Virus record (IMG/VR): IMGVR_UViG_3300032248_000171
Coordinates: 1 to 64,000 of that record
Strand: one strand, 5' to 3'
Source of the DNA: a virus
Taxonomy: Duplodnaviria > Caudoviricetes
Length of the DNA: 64,000 nucleotides
The notes beneath the pieces are model-generated. The model ran no database searches and was not told the DNA's origin. It saw only the letters and a program-made list of their open reading frames with translations. A program made the position numbers and the translations under genes. How positions within the stretch are numbered: the stretch's first letter is position 1; every line of letters starts with the position of its first letter. Of the stretch, positions 1 to 10,513 are shown in pieces.

Positions 1-1629
1 ATCTCTGGTAATGCTGTTCCAAAATCTACTAATATTACTTCTGGGTCTGGTTCGCTATTCTCTGGTGGATTCTATAGCAACCTACAAGCTACATTCAACC
101 CACCAGAAGATACTTATCTATTCGATATTTCTGGATCAGCATCACAAAGTCAAACAAATCGCATTGCAGGTTCTGGATCTATATCTGTATCTGGTCAACA
201 TGGAAATGGAGTATTTGTTCCTAATTGGATTTCACAGGGTTCAATAACAACTAGTGCATCTGGTTCTGCTTCCGTTACATTTAACCCACCAGAAGACACT
301 TATCTGTTTGGTGTTTTTGGTTCTAGTGACTTTAAACAGACCAATACATATCCAAAAACAAATTCAAATCTATTTGATTTTAGTGAGCAGTTTGATAATA
401 GTTATTGGAGTAAAACATTCTTAAATGGAACTATAACTGCCAATCAAACTACTGCTCCTGACGAAACTATTACTGCAGATTTATATCAAGAAGGTGCGAC
501 CAATACTGCAAAATATCTAAGTAAGAGTGAATTTTTCACACAAGGAATACAATCTACAATATCAATATGGGCAAAGAAATCATTTGGAACCAGATATCTT
601 GGATTAGTTTTACCTACTGCTGCATTTGGTGTTGCTGTACAAGCTGCTTTTACTCTTTCTGATGCTGGTAGTTATACTATTAATATTTCTGGAACTAATA
701 CTTCAGCTAGAATTATACCATATCCAAATGGATGGTATAGATGTTATTTAACCAGTCAGGCAACTGCTACTAATTCTTCCAATATTCAAATTCGTCTTAG
801 TAACTCCCCCACTGATGCAACTGTTACCTATCAGGGAGATGGAACATCTGGTATCTATCTGTGGGGAGCACAATTAGAATATGGAAATGTTGCAACTTCA
901 TATACTTCTGATAGTGGAATTATATTATATGATAACTTTATCAATATTAATGGAACTTCTACTACTAAAATTATCAACAGTTTTAGTGGATCTGGAACAA
1001 TTAATGTAAGTAACCAAGCATCTGCTTCTGTAACATTTAACCCACCAGAAGATACTTATCTATTCGGCATTTCTGGTCAACATGGATCTAGAGTATTTGT
1101 TCCTAATTGGAATTCAAGTGGTTCAATAACAACTAGTGCATCTGGTTCTGCTTCCGTTACATTTAACCCACCAGAAGACACTTATTTGTTTGGTATTTCT
1201 GGTTCATCTTCATCAGCAACAATTAATATTACTTCTGGGTCTGGTTCTTTATTATCCAGTGCATCTGGTTCTGCTAAGGTAACATTTAACCCACCAGAAG
1301 ACACTTATCTATTCAGTGTTTCTGGTCAACATGGAACTAAAGTATTTGTTCCTAATTGGAATTCAAGCGGTTCAATAACAATATCTGGTCAACATGGATC
1401 TAGAGTATTTGTTCCTAATTGGAATTCAAGTGGTTCAATATTTGAATTTGGAGAATCTTATCAAAATAGAACTATTGTTCCTATTGTTGGTAATTTTACT
1501 TACAATTTTAGTGGTTCAGCAAATATTGTTCGTAAATTTGCGTATGAATCAAATATATCAATAAATATTTACGGATTAGTAATTGTGCGAACGGTTTTCC
1601 AAGAAAACATATTTGCAACAATTATTTAA
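1..1629 (+). CDS. Repeat-rich tail fibre/structural protein, 5' truncated, with an embedded carbohydrate-binding-like beta-sandwich domain
   Basis: Frame 1 reads open from base 1 to TAA at 1629 (the ORF track shows only 1186-1629). It is Ser/Gly/Thr-rich with repeated TFNPPEDTYLF and SGQHGxxVFVPNW modules. The stretch ~370-900 has the NLFDFSEQFDNSYW...NGWYRC...GIYLWGAQLE pattern typical of phage tail lectin-like domains. Confidence 0.75.
   Translation: MSGNAVPKSTNITSGSGSLFSGGFYSNLQATFNPPEDTYLFDISGSASQSQTNRIAGSGSISVSGQHGNGVFVPNWISQGSITTSASGSASVTFNPPEDTYLFGVFGSSDFKQTNTYPKTNSNLFDFSEQFDNSYWSKTFLNGTITANQTTAPDETITADLYQEGATNTAKYLSKSEFFTQGIQSTISIWAKKSFGTRYLGLVLPTAAFGVAVQAAFTLSDAGSYTINISGTNTSARIIPYPNGWYRCYLTSQATATNSSNIQIRLSNSPTDATVTYQGDGTSGIYLWGAQLEYGNVATSYTSDSGIILYDNFININGTSTTKIINSFSGSGTINVSNQASASVTFNPPEDTYLFGISGQHGSRVFVPNWNSSGSITTSASGSASVTFNPPEDTYLFGISGSSSSATINITSGSGSLLSSASGSAKVTFNPPEDTYLFSVSGQHGTKVFVPNWNSSGSITISGQHGSRVFVPNWNSSGSIFEFGESYQNRTIVPIVGNFTYNFSGSANIVRKFAYESNISINIYGLVIVRTVFQENIFATII
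91..1440 (+). repeat. Interspersed in-frame direct repeats, two module types
   Basis: Module A (acattYaacccaccagaagaYacttat..) at 91, 277, 1033, 1159, 1282. Module B (tctggtcaacatgga...gtatttgttcctaattgg) at 190, 1072, 1321, 1384. Bases 238-303 and 1120-1185 are an identical 66-nt copy. Confidence 0.95.
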
Positions 1630-1633
1630 AGTC

Positions 1634-1640
1634 ATAAATA
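1634..1640 (+). promoter_or_regulatory. T4-type late promoter (ATAAATA)
   Basis: ATAAATA lies in the intergenic gap upstream of the GAGG RBS and the ATG at 1678. Confidence 0.7.
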
Positions 1641-1677
1641 CAAAAAGAAAGAAAATAAATTACGAGGAACTCGTTCG

Positions 1678-4600
1678 ATGGCAAGAAAAGTACAAATGGA
1701 TGCTAGTTATATTTTTGTTCCTAGTGCCAACCGAATTACTATTGACAAAGCAATTCCTCAGGAAAAATTATTATTAATTACTAATCTCTCTAGCAATACA
1801 GTAATTTATAATTTTTCCGACAACAATTTAAGAGTATCAACATATACAAGAACAAGAGAAACACAGATTGCTGTTACGGGTACTCCTGGAACAACCAGCG
1901 TAACTAATCTATGGCCTTCCATTACACCAATTGTCGGTCAAAGAATCAATGGTTATGGAATTCCAGCAAACACATACATCTCTTCTGTTACTGGAACAAC
2001 ACTGACTTTATCAAACGCTATCACAGCAGATCCTTATACAAATCAACACACACCTTCAACTTTATTTGGTACTGTAATTGTTCTCAATTACAATACTTCT
2101 GGAATGAACTCATCCGATAAACTTCAGATTTTTATTGATGAGTATGATGAATCTTTTCGCCCATCAGAAACTTTGATGGATCCAGTATCAAAGCAAAGAG
2201 TTTCGGAACCAGAATCACTAATTGATACTGACTTTGAATATGGTCTACAACCAACTAAATGGGAAACATGCCAATTAATTGGTAATCGCCCATCATATTT
2301 TTACAATAGTACTACTCCAATTAATAACAGAGAAATTTCAATAACTTCTGGCAGCACTTCTCCTCGCGCTATTAACGTTGATTCAAAAATATTATTATCT
2401 GGTACACATACTACTGCAACTGGCAACGCGACAGTTACTGGTGCAGGAACCAGATATTTAACAGAGTTAAAAACTGGTTCTGTTTTATATGATAACACTG
2501 GTGTTTTTATTGGATATGTTTCATCAGTTGCAAATGATACTTCTGCTACTTTAAAAGCAAACGGTGCTGTTGCCATTACTGGTGCTACTGCACTTGCAAC
2601 TGGCCAAAGATTTAGCGACAACGGTGCGCCTGGATCTGGTATTTTTTCACCAACTGGCACTATTGCCAACACTGCAGCACAAACTGCAGTAACTGGAACT
2701 AACACACTTTTCCTCTCTCAAATAAGAGTAGGTGATTACCTTTATAATCAGGCAGGTGCTCTTGTTGGTGTAGTTGGTTCAATTGCATCAGATACTTCAT
2801 TAACTCTAACGGCTGGATCAAGTAATGCTGCTTCAGGTTTTTACGGAACCTCTCAATATTCAATATCAACTTCCACAAGTGCGAACCCAATTTTTGTTCA
2901 GTTAACTACTAACCCAGATGCAAATGGTTCTTTCCTAATTACTGGACCAACTACTCCAGCAACTACTATTGGTGCGGCAACCATTTTTTCATATGATATG
3001 GAAGTTAATGCAATTGTTCCATCAACAAATATAGCAACTACTGCTGCTTCTGGATCTGGCACCATAGCAACTCTTACTTTTGCTGCTCAGACTGTTGCTC
3101 CATACTCAGTTGGTTCAACAATTCTTGTTTCTGGTGTAACTCCAGTTACATATAATACCCCAGCCTCAGGAGCTCAAGTACTTTCTTGTAGCACAACTCA
3201 AGTTACTTATCTATCTAGTGGCACTGGTAGTCAAACAGTTGCTGGTAATATCACATCTCTAACAATTTTAGATTCTCCATCTACATATGCTTATCCTGGT
3301 AATTTTTTCTCGGGTGCTCAGATTGGTGGTTCTACTCAAGTATCTCTCGCAACTGATGCTGGAAGCCCATATTCCATCATCACTGTTACCACTGGAACTG
3401 GTCACAATTTACAAGTAGGCAATCCAATTTTTGTAACTGGAGTAAGTACAGCTACAGCATGTAATGGCAACTGGTATGTTGCTAGAGTAGTTTCACCAAC
3501 TGTATTTGAATATGTCACACAGGCTCAGGTATCATCAATCTCACCAGCTAATCAAGGTAGAGTGTATGCAAGACAACTTGGTAATGTTCTACATAGACCT
3601 ACTGATGGTGGTGTTAAAATTACTGCTGGAACCAACTCACCAAATGCTCAACTAATTCGCCAAACTAGAAGATATTTTAGATACCAATCTGGTAAAGGTA
3701 TTCAATACAGCACTGGTACAATTTTTAAACCATCCATTTTTGTAGATAGTTTATCTTCTAATGGAACAAGAGTAACGGTAACTTGCAAAGATGCTCACAA
3801 TTTATACCCAGGCGCATCTATAACTATTTCAGGAGCAACTGCTACTAGTGGAACGTTTAATGGCACATATACTGTAGATGTAACTGGATTAACAATTACC
3901 AAATTTACATATATTCCTTCATCTGTTCCAACTTCTCAAACTGCTGGTGGATTTCCAATTAACGTATGTATTAATAGTTGGGTAGGGGCACAAAATCGTT
4001 TGGGAATGTTTGATTCCCAAAACGGTATTTACTTCAAATTTGATGGAACTACCTTGTTTGCTTGCCGTCGTTCAAGCACAGACCAATTGCCAGGAACACT
4101 TGCAGTAACAAATGGTTCTTCTGCAGTAGTAGGAACTGGCACTAGATTTACCACTCTTCTAAAACCAGGCAACATGGTGGTTATTCGTGGTATGTCTTAT
4201 ACGGTAACTCAGATTACTTCTGATACCACAATGAATATTTCACCTGAATATAGAGGAACTACAATTACAAGTGGTGTTAAAATTACAAAAACAATTGATT
4301 TAGAAATTCCACAATCAGATTGGAATATTGATAGGTGTGATGGCACTGGTCCTTCTGGATTTAACCTAGATTTAACCAGAATGCAAATGTGGTATCTTGA
4401 CTATTCGTGGTATGGTGCTGGCGCTATTCGTTACGGATTCAAAGATCAAAGAGGTGAAGTAATTTATTGTAACCGAATTTCTCATGCTAACAGCAAGACA
4501 GAAGCATACATGAGATCTGGTAACCTACCAGCTCGTTATGAAACAAACACTATGTCATATTCCACCACATTATCTGCTACTCTATCATCAGCAACAACTG

Positions 4601-5697
4601 TTGGTGGAACTGTTTCAGTTGCTGATGCTTCTCAATTCCCATCTAGCGGATTTGTTTATATTAATCCATCATCATCAACTAATAGTGGTTTAGGTGAATT
4701 GATTGAATATAGTTCAAAAAATACTGCAGTTTCACCAAATACTTTAACAATTGCTTCCAGAGCATTGGCTGGTGGGACAGCTTCAGGCTCTACTATTACA
4801 ACTGGTAGTAATATCGTTACAAACGCTACTTCTTTTGCGACAACTGTACAAAAATTTATGCATGTTCATGGGCCTGGTATTCCAGTTGGTACATATGTAG
4901 TTGGTGTTTCTGGAACAACTGTATATCTGTCTAATGCTGCAACGGATACTAACGGTTCAGTATCACTTGTATTCAAATCATTTGCTGCTACTGCTGCTCA
5001 AACTTATACATATAATGCTTCAACTCCAGTTGGCGTTTCATTCTACAACCCACAATTTGCTCCAAACATCAGTCACTGGGGTTCATCAGCAATTATGGAT
5101 GGTAAATACGATAATGATAAAGCACTTGTATTCACTGGTGGTATGCCCACTTCTTCATCAATTCCTGCTGCTGCCGTAGCAAATACTGCTGGTCAACCAG
5201 TTGCATTGATTAGTATTCGTATTTCTCCTTCTGTTGATACTGGTATTGGTGATATTCTCGGAAGAAAAGAAATTGTTAATAGGATGCAACTTCAATTAAA
5301 CTCTGCTGGTATTTCCACTGATAGAAGATTACTTGTAGATCTTCGTTTGAATGGTCAATTATCTGGTGGATCTTGGCAATCTCTTGGTGGTTCATCTTTG
5401 GCACAAGTATGCTACCATACTAATACTGGTGGGAGTTACACATCCATCTCTGGAGGAGAATCAGTATATTCATTCTTCACTAGCTCACAGGGAAATGGAG
5501 TATTTGATATATCATCAATTGATCTAATTAAAGTAAGAGATTTAGGAAATAGTGTTTTGGGTGGTGGAACATCATTAAATGTAAATAGTGGAATTTATCC
5601 AGATGGTCCAGACACACTTACAATTGTAGCAAGAAATCTAGAAACAACTGCTGGTAATGCTCTTGCTCGTATTTCGTGGACAGAAGCACAAGCATGA
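1678..5697 (+). CDS. Large virion structural protein (fibre/baseplate-associated), 1339 aa
   Basis: Thr/Gly/Ser-rich beta repeats (e.g. GTxxVTxGSxxVxGxGTxF; H-N-L-x-x-G repeats), a late promoter upstream, and position just before g13. Confidence 0.7.
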   Translation: MARKVQMDASYIFVPSANRITIDKAIPQEKLLLITNLSSNTVIYNFSDNNLRVSTYTRTRETQIAVTGTPGTTSVTNLWPSITPIVGQRINGYGIPANTYISSVTGTTLTLSNAITADPYTNQHTPSTLFGTVIVLNYNTSGMNSSDKLQIFIDEYDESFRPSETLMDPVSKQRVSEPESLIDTDFEYGLQPTKWETCQLIGNRPSYFYNSTTPINNREISITSGSTSPRAINVDSKILLSGTHTTATGNATVTGAGTRYLTELKTGSVLYDNTGVFIGYVSSVANDTSATLKANGAVAITGATALATGQRFSDNGAPGSGIFSPTGTIANTAAQTAVTGTNTLFLSQIRVGDYLYNQAGALVGVVGSIASDTSLTLTAGSSNAASGFYGTSQYSISTSTSANPIFVQLTTNPDANGSFLITGPTTPATTIGAATIFSYDMEVNAIVPSTNIATTAASGSGTIATLTFAAQTVAPYSVGSTILVSGVTPVTYNTPASGAQVLSCSTTQVTYLSSGTGSQTVAGNITSLTILDSPSTYAYPGNFFSGAQIGGSTQVSLATDAGSPYSIITVTTGTGHNLQVGNPIFVTGVSTATACNGNWYVARVVSPTVFEYVTQAQVSSISPANQGRVYARQLGNVLHRPTDGGVKITAGTNSPNAQLIRQTRRYFRYQSGKGIQYSTGTIFKPSIFVDSLSSNGTRVTVTCKDAHNLYPGASITISGATATSGTFNGTYTVDVTGLTITKFTYIPSSVPTSQTAGGFPINVCINSWVGAQNRLGMFDSQNGIYFKFDGTTLFACRRSSTDQLPGTLAVTNGSSAVVGTGTRFTTLLKPGNMVVIRGMSYTVTQITSDTTMNISPEYRGTTITSGVKITKTIDLEIPQSDWNIDRCDGTGPSGFNLDLTRMQMWYLDYSWYGAGAIRYGFKDQRGEVIYCNRISHANSKTEAYMRSGNLPARYETNTMSYSTTLSATLSSATTVGGTVSVADASQFPSSGFVYINPSSSTNSGLGELIEYSSKNTAVSPNTLTIASRALAGGTASGSTITTGSNIVTNATSFATTVQKFMHVHGPGIPVGTYVVGVSGTTVYLSNAATDTNGSVSLVFKSFAATAAQTYTYNASTPVGVSFYNPQFAPNISHWGSSAIMDGKYDNDKALVFTGGMPTSSSIPAAAVANTAGQPVALISIRISPSVDTGIGDILGRKEIVNRMQLQLNSAGISTDRRLLVDLRLNGQLSGGSWQSLGGSSLAQVCYHTNTGGSYTSISGGESVYSFFTSSQGNGVFDISSIDLIKVRDLGNSVLGGGTSLNVNSGIYPDGPDTLTIVARNLETTAGNALARISWTEAQA

Positions 5698-5700
5698 TAT

Positions 5701-5752
5701 TATAAATACTACTTGCTTATAAATACCTCTAGGAAACTAGGGGTATTTTTTT
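5701..5752 (+). promoter_or_regulatory. Two late promoters (TATAAATA at 5701 and 5718), the second overlapping an intrinsic terminator hairpin
   Basis: TATAAATA occurs twice. The hairpin AAATACCTCTAG-GAAA-CTAGGGGTATTT is followed by a T-run immediately before the g13 ATG. Confidence 0.8.
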
Positions 5753-6559
5753 ATGGCAAAGCCCGCCAGTAGGGAGCAACTAAAAGAGTACTGCCTCAGG
5801 AAGTTAGGTGCTCCCGTATTAGAAATTAATGTTGATGACGACCAGTTAGAAGATCGTATTGATGAAGCGTTGCAATATTTTGGCGAGCGTCATTTTGATG
5901 GTGCCGAGAGAATGTATTTGAAGCACACAATGACATCTGCTGATATCACTCGTTTCAAATCATCAAACACCACTCATACTGCTTCTGACGGAACAACATT
6001 TACTGAAAGAAATAACTACCTACAACTACCAGATCACATCATTGGTATTGAAAGAATTTTTGGTGTAACTTCTAGTAGTATTAGAGGAGATTTATTTGGT
6101 GTTGAATATCAAATCTTTTTGAATGACTTGTATGCTTTTGGTTCTATTGACATTTTAAATTATTATATGACCAAGACATATATTGAGACACTTGATATGG
6201 TGCTCAATACTGGTTCAATTGTTCAGTATAGATTTACAAAAAGAAACGGTAAATTGTATATTGATTACGACGCAACATTGATGACAGAGGGTAAAATTTT
6301 TATTATTGATTGTTATAGAGCATTAGACCCAACCCAGTTAACAAAAATTTGGGATGACTTCTGGTTAAAACGTTATACTGTAGCACTATTCAAACGCCAG
6401 TGGGGAGAAAATTTAATTAAGTTTAATGGTGTTCAACTTCCTGGTGGTGTTTCAATTAATGGTCGTCAAATTTTTGAAGATGCTTTAAGAGAAATTGAGG
6501 AGATTGAAACTAAGATGATTTCTGATTATGAAATTCCACCAATGGATGCTATAGGATAA
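5753..6559 (+). CDS. g13: Neck protein gp13
   Basis: N-terminus MAKPASREQLKEYCLRKLGAPVLEINVDDDQ and C-terminal KRQWGENLIKF..QLPGGV motif; synteny. Confidence 0.95.
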   Translation: MAKPASREQLKEYCLRKLGAPVLEINVDDDQLEDRIDEALQYFGERHFDGAERMYLKHTMTSADITRFKSSNTTHTASDGTTFTERNNYLQLPDHIIGIERIFGVTSSSIRGDLFGVEYQIFLNDLYAFGSIDILNYYMTKTYIETLDMVLNTGSIVQYRFTKRNGKLYIDYDATLMTEGKIFIIDCYRALDPTQLTKIWDDFWLKRYTVALFKRQWGENLIKFNGVQLPGGVSINGRQIFEDALREIEEIETKMISDYEIPPMDAIG

Positions 6560-7470
6560 TGAAAAGCGTATATTTTCCTCAGTACGGTGGAGTAAACACC
6601 GAACAACAATTAGTTCAAGATTTGGTTGACGAACAGATTAAACTGTTTGGCATGGATGTTTATTATATCCCGCGCCAGATGGTAATTGACAAAGCATTAA
6701 ATGATGTCGTGCTTTCCAAATTTAAACAATTTTATTTGATTGAAATGATGCTACTGAATGTTGAGGGATTTGGTGGTTCTGGATCTCTTGCTATGTCTAA
6801 ATTTGGTTTAAAAATTAGTGATGAAATTTCATTTGCTGTATCTAAACGTAGATGGAAACAATTTGTTGGAACTAAAATTAGTACAACTGTTGCTGGTAGA
6901 CCAAACGAAGGGGATTTAATTTATGTACCAATGACTAAAAACTCATACGAAATTAAATATGTAGAAAGAGAAGCACCATTTTATCAATTAGGTAAAAATT
7001 ATATTTACTCTATGGATTGTGAACTCATGCAAAATGCTGATAACCAATTTGAAACTGGTGTTGATGAACTCGACGATTTAGACCAAGAACCATATGGTTT
7101 CTGGATTACCCTCAAGCAAGGAGGCACTGGTTCATATATTGAGGGAGAAAAAATTACACAAACATACACACCAAATAATGTATCAGCACCTGTTACTATT
7201 ACTGCAACAGTATCTGATTGGAGACCTCTAGAGCGTAGAGTAAAGATAACATATTTGAAGGGCGATGGAAACATCACACCAGATATTCCTATCATTGGAT
7301 TGGAAAGTGGAGCAACTTGGGTAGCAGATACATTCTCTAGCTTGGATATAGATATTGCTAATTTTGATAACAATGAGAATAAATACTACGAAGATATGGG
7401 CGACGTGCTAATTGATTTTAGTGAAGGTAATCCATTCGGTGAATTTGGAAATCTAGGAGATGCATTCTAA
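6559..7470 (+). CDS. g14: Neck protein gp14
   Basis: EQxLVQDLVDEQIKLFGMDVYYIPR, RPNEGDLIYVP, PFYQLGK and DFSEGNPFG motifs; synteny. Confidence 0.95.
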   Translation: MKSVYFPQYGGVNTEQQLVQDLVDEQIKLFGMDVYYIPRQMVIDKALNDVVLSKFKQFYLIEMMLLNVEGFGGSGSLAMSKFGLKISDEISFAVSKRRWKQFVGTKISTTVAGRPNEGDLIYVPMTKNSYEIKYVEREAPFYQLGKNYIYSMDCELMQNADNQFETGVDELDDLDQEPYGFWITLKQGGTGSYIEGEKITQTYTPNNVSAPVTITATVSDWRPLERRVKITYLKGDGNITPDIPIIGLESGATWVADTFSSLDIDIANFDNNENKYYEDMGDVLIDFSEGNPFGEFGNLGDAF

Positions 7471-8267
7471 TGTTAGGACATACATTTTATCACGGTATTA
7501 TTCGAAAGACAGTAGTTGGTTTTGGCACAATTTTTAATAATGTAGAAATTGTTAAAAAAGACCCAGAGACTGGAGCAGTTATTCGTAAAGAAAAAGTTGC
7601 TATTGCTTACGGACCAAAGAGTAAGTTCTTGGCTCGTTTAGAACAAGACCCAAATACAGAAAGGAAAGTAAGTATTACTATGCCTCGTCTATCTTTTGAG
7701 ATGACAAGTATTAATTACGACCCATCTAGAAAGACAAGTCCAATTCAAAAGTATTTAAAAACTGAAGATGGACAATCAGTAAAGCAACAATTCATGCCAG
7801 TGCCATATAACATTGGATTTGAATTGGGTATTCTTTCCTTGTCTCAAGATGATGCTCTACAAATTCTTGAACAGATTCTACCATTTTTTCAACCACATTT
7901 CAATCTCACTATGGAACTTGTTCCAGACATGGATGAGAAAAAAGATATTGCATATGTTTTAAATAGCATCGGATATGAAGATGATTACACAGATGATATG
8001 ATGACTCGTAGAACTATTACATACACTTTAGATTTTACTGCTAAAACTTATCTTTACGGTCCAGTAACAAAAAGCGAAATTATTCGTAAAGCAACTGTAT
8101 ACGAAACACTTGGAGATTTACAACAAAGCAGAAGAGCATTGCGTTACGATATCTCTGCTCAAGCATTGGAAGACATGGATAATGATGGTGATATCGATAG
8201 CACAGATAACTCACTGCTTATGCCAGATGACGACTTCGGATTCAATGAAGGTATCACATTACTATGA
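7470..8267 (+). CDS. g15: Tail sheath stabiliser/terminator gp15
   Basis: MLGHTFYHGIIRKTVVGFGTIFNN and PVPYNIGFEL...QILEQILPFFQP motifs. Confidence 0.95.
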   Translation: MLGHTFYHGIIRKTVVGFGTIFNNVEIVKKDPETGAVIRKEKVAIAYGPKSKFLARLEQDPNTERKVSITMPRLSFEMTSINYDPSRKTSPIQKYLKTEDGQSVKQQFMPVPYNIGFELGILSLSQDDALQILEQILPFFQPHFNLTMELVPDMDEKKDIAYVLNSIGYEDDYTDDMMTRRTITYTLDFTAKTYLYGPVTKSEIIRKATVYETLGDLQQSRRALRYDISAQALEDMDNDGDIDSTDNSLLMPDDDFGFNEGITLL

Positions 8268-8686
8268 GTAAATTTGAAGACAACATGGAAGAAATCTTTG
8301 ATATTGATGTAACTGCTATAGAGGCAAAGGGTGAAATGATTAAACAAATTGATACCGAAATGTCTGTTGATGCTACAAAAGATTACGAATACACCAGAGC
8401 AAATCTATACAATCTCATCGACAAAGCATCAGAGGCAATCAACGATGTGCTTGATTTAGCACGAGAAAGTAACCACCCAAGAGCTTATGAGGTTGCTGGT
8501 AACTTCATTAAGCAGACAGCAGATATGACTGATAAATTGATTGACCTTCAAAAGAAAATCAAAGACCTTGATAAGGTAGACAAGAAAACTGCTGCTATCA
8601 ATGGTAATGTAACAAATAATATGTTTTTTGGAACTACTGCTGACCTTCAGTTGATGTTGAAGCGTGGCAAAGTGGAAGAAGAATAA
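8264..8686 (+). CDS. g16: Terminase small subunit gp16
   Basis: DYEYTRANLY...HPRAYEVAG...NNMFFGTTADLQ motifs; synteny. Confidence 0.93.
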   Translation: MSKFEDNMEEIFDIDVTAIEAKGEMIKQIDTEMSVDATKDYEYTRANLYNLIDKASEAINDVLDLARESNHPRAYEVAGNFIKQTADMTDKLIDLQKKIKDLDKVDKKTAAINGNVTNNMFFGTTADLQLMLKRGKVEEE

Positions 8687-8708
8687 ATATAAAATAAACG
8701 AAAGCATT

Positions 8709-8954
8709 ATGGCATTAAAAGTATTGGCGGCGGAGACCACACTTACGGCAGCTACGAATGTTGACTCAGCAACTGTTGTTAGAGTTTTGAATACTAGCAC
8801 AGCAGCAGTAGTAACTCGCAAAGATAGCGGTGGTGCTACGATTGGTAGTTTCACAATGGCAGCAAATGAAGTTGCTTATGTTGAGAAAGAACCAACCGAC
8901 ACACTAGAAGGAGGCGCGGCATTCAAAGCATCTAAAGTTGCGTATTCAATCTGA
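8709..8954 (+). CDS. Small beta-rich late protein, unknown function (likely start ATG 8709)
   Basis: Late promoter ATAAATA at 8683-8689; 81-aa Thr/Ala/Val-rich ORF; TGATG coupling to the next gene. Confidence 0.7.
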   Translation: MALKVLAAETTLTAATNVDSATVVRVLNTSTAAVVTRKDSGGATIGSFTMAANEVAYVEKEPTDTLEGGAAFKASKVAYSI

Positions 8955-10513
8955 TGGCACAGTTTAACAAAACAAGTCAGGCATTTCTCAACCAAGAGAA
9001 AACACTTTATGAAGTGATGATGCTTGCCAATAAGGATGGAGCACCTATTGACCAAGCAAATCCACTTCATGTTTCTTTGGGAACAGAAAATGTTACCATT
9101 AGTGGAACAGTAAATGTAGGAACAGAAGTTAAAGTAAACAATACAACTGCTCAGGGTATTCCCATTAAGAATGATAATGGTGGTGCTTTGAGTGTTTCGG
9201 TATCCAATTTTCCAGCAACTCAAACAGTATCTGGTAGTGTTAATATCGGCACGATGCCAGAAGTAGAAATCAAAAATGATTTAAACAATCCAATTCCTGT
9301 AACTGGAACATTTGTAACTACAGCACCAACAGGAACTACGGATGCTTTCGGTCGTCAAAGAGTATCAGCACCTCTTACTCTGTTTGATAGTTCCCACAGA
9401 TACAGAGATAATAACCTGTGGGCAACTGCTACCACTGGCACTGCTTCTGCTACTTTTAGTGCTAACGAAGGTCTGGTTAATCTAACAGTGAATAATGCTT
9501 CTGGGGCACAAGTTATTCGTGAGACCACAAAAGTATTTGCGTATCAGCCAGGTAAATCTTTGCTTGTGATGAATACCTTTGTTCCTGCCACACCGAAAGC
9601 AAACTTGAGACAGAGAGTTGGATATTTTGGTGCCGACAATGGAATGTATTTTGAGATTAATGGCACGACACCTTACTTTGTAGAAAGGAGTTTATCTACT
9701 GGAACTCAAACAGAAGTAGCACAAGCAAATTGGAATGGTGATAAGTTAAATGGAACTGGTCCGTCTGGTATTACATTAGATACAACCAAAGCACAAATCA
9801 TTTGGATGGATATTGAATGGTTGGGTCTTGGTACTGTAAGAATGGGATTTGTAATAAACGGACAGTTTATTCTCTGTCATTCATTCCACCACGCAAACTT
9901 AATCACTTCAACTTATATCACAACAGCATCACTTCCTTTGAGATATGAGATTACTAATACTGGTGCTACAAGTGGTAGTAGCACGATGAAGCAAGTTTGC
10001 TCTACTGCCATTTCCGAAGGTGGATATGAACTTAGTGGAATACAGCAGGCAGTTGGTATACCAATCAATTCCCCAAAAACATTAGGAACTGCGGGAACAT
10101 TTTATCCTGTAATATCTTTGCGTCTCAAAACATCACCAAATCGTTTAGATGCTATTGTAATTCTCACAGCACTTTCTATAATGCCAATTAGCACTGGTAA
10201 TTATAATTGGCAGGTAATTGCCACTGGTACTACTACTGGTGGAACTTGGACGAGTGCTGGCACCGATAGTGCTGTTGATTATAACATCACTGGCACTTCT
10301 TTTGCTGGGGGAAGAATACTAGCAAGTGGATTTTTCAACGCATCAAATCAAGGAGCAAGTCAAGTTGATATTTTAAAAGAAGCATTATTTAAATTTCAGT
10401 TAGAAAGAAATGGATTAACTGGAAGTCCTTATGAACTTACACTTGTGGTTGCTTCTGGTGGTGGTAATGATACTGTTGTTGCTTCTATGGACTGGGAGGA
10501 AATTAGCAGATGA
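8954..10513 (+). CDS. Putative virion structural protein, paralogue of the core of 1678-5697
   Basis: Shares ordered motifs with the 1339-aa protein (RQRVS, RETTKVFAYQPGK, NWNxDKLNGTGPSG, WMDIEWLGLG, LPLRYE, terminal WEE). Confidence 0.7.
   Translation: MAQFNKTSQAFLNQEKTLYEVMMLANKDGAPIDQANPLHVSLGTENVTISGTVNVGTEVKVNNTTAQGIPIKNDNGGALSVSVSNFPATQTVSGSVNIGTMPEVEIKNDLNNPIPVTGTFVTTAPTGTTDAFGRQRVSAPLTLFDSSHRYRDNNLWATATTGTASATFSANEGLVNLTVNNASGAQVIRETTKVFAYQPGKSLLVMNTFVPATPKANLRQRVGYFGADNGMYFEINGTTPYFVERSLSTGTQTEVAQANWNGDKLNGTGPSGITLDTTKAQIIWMDIEWLGLGTVRMGFVINGQFILCHSFHHANLITSTYITTASLPLRYEITNTGATSGSSTMKQVCSTAISEGGYELSGIQQAVGIPINSPKTLGTAGTFYPVISLRLKTSPNRLDAIVILTALSIMPISTGNYNWQVIATGTTTGGTWTSAGTDSAVDYNITGTSFAGGRILASGFFNASNQGASQVDILKEALFKFQLERNGLTGSPYELTLVVASGGGNDTVVASMDWEEISR

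Noticed and set aside
91-1440. Repeats as a CRISPR array or DGR template/variable repeat
   Set aside because: The repeats are in-frame coding modules with irregular spacing, differences are not adenine-specific, and no cas or reverse transcriptase gene is in the window.
8664-8708. Extended ORF-track starts (8664, 30088, 37009, 49904, 54404, 56055, 60648, 61442, 61935)
   Set aside because: They overlap upstream genes, promoters or tRNAs; downstream ATGs fit promoter/RBS position or coupling better.
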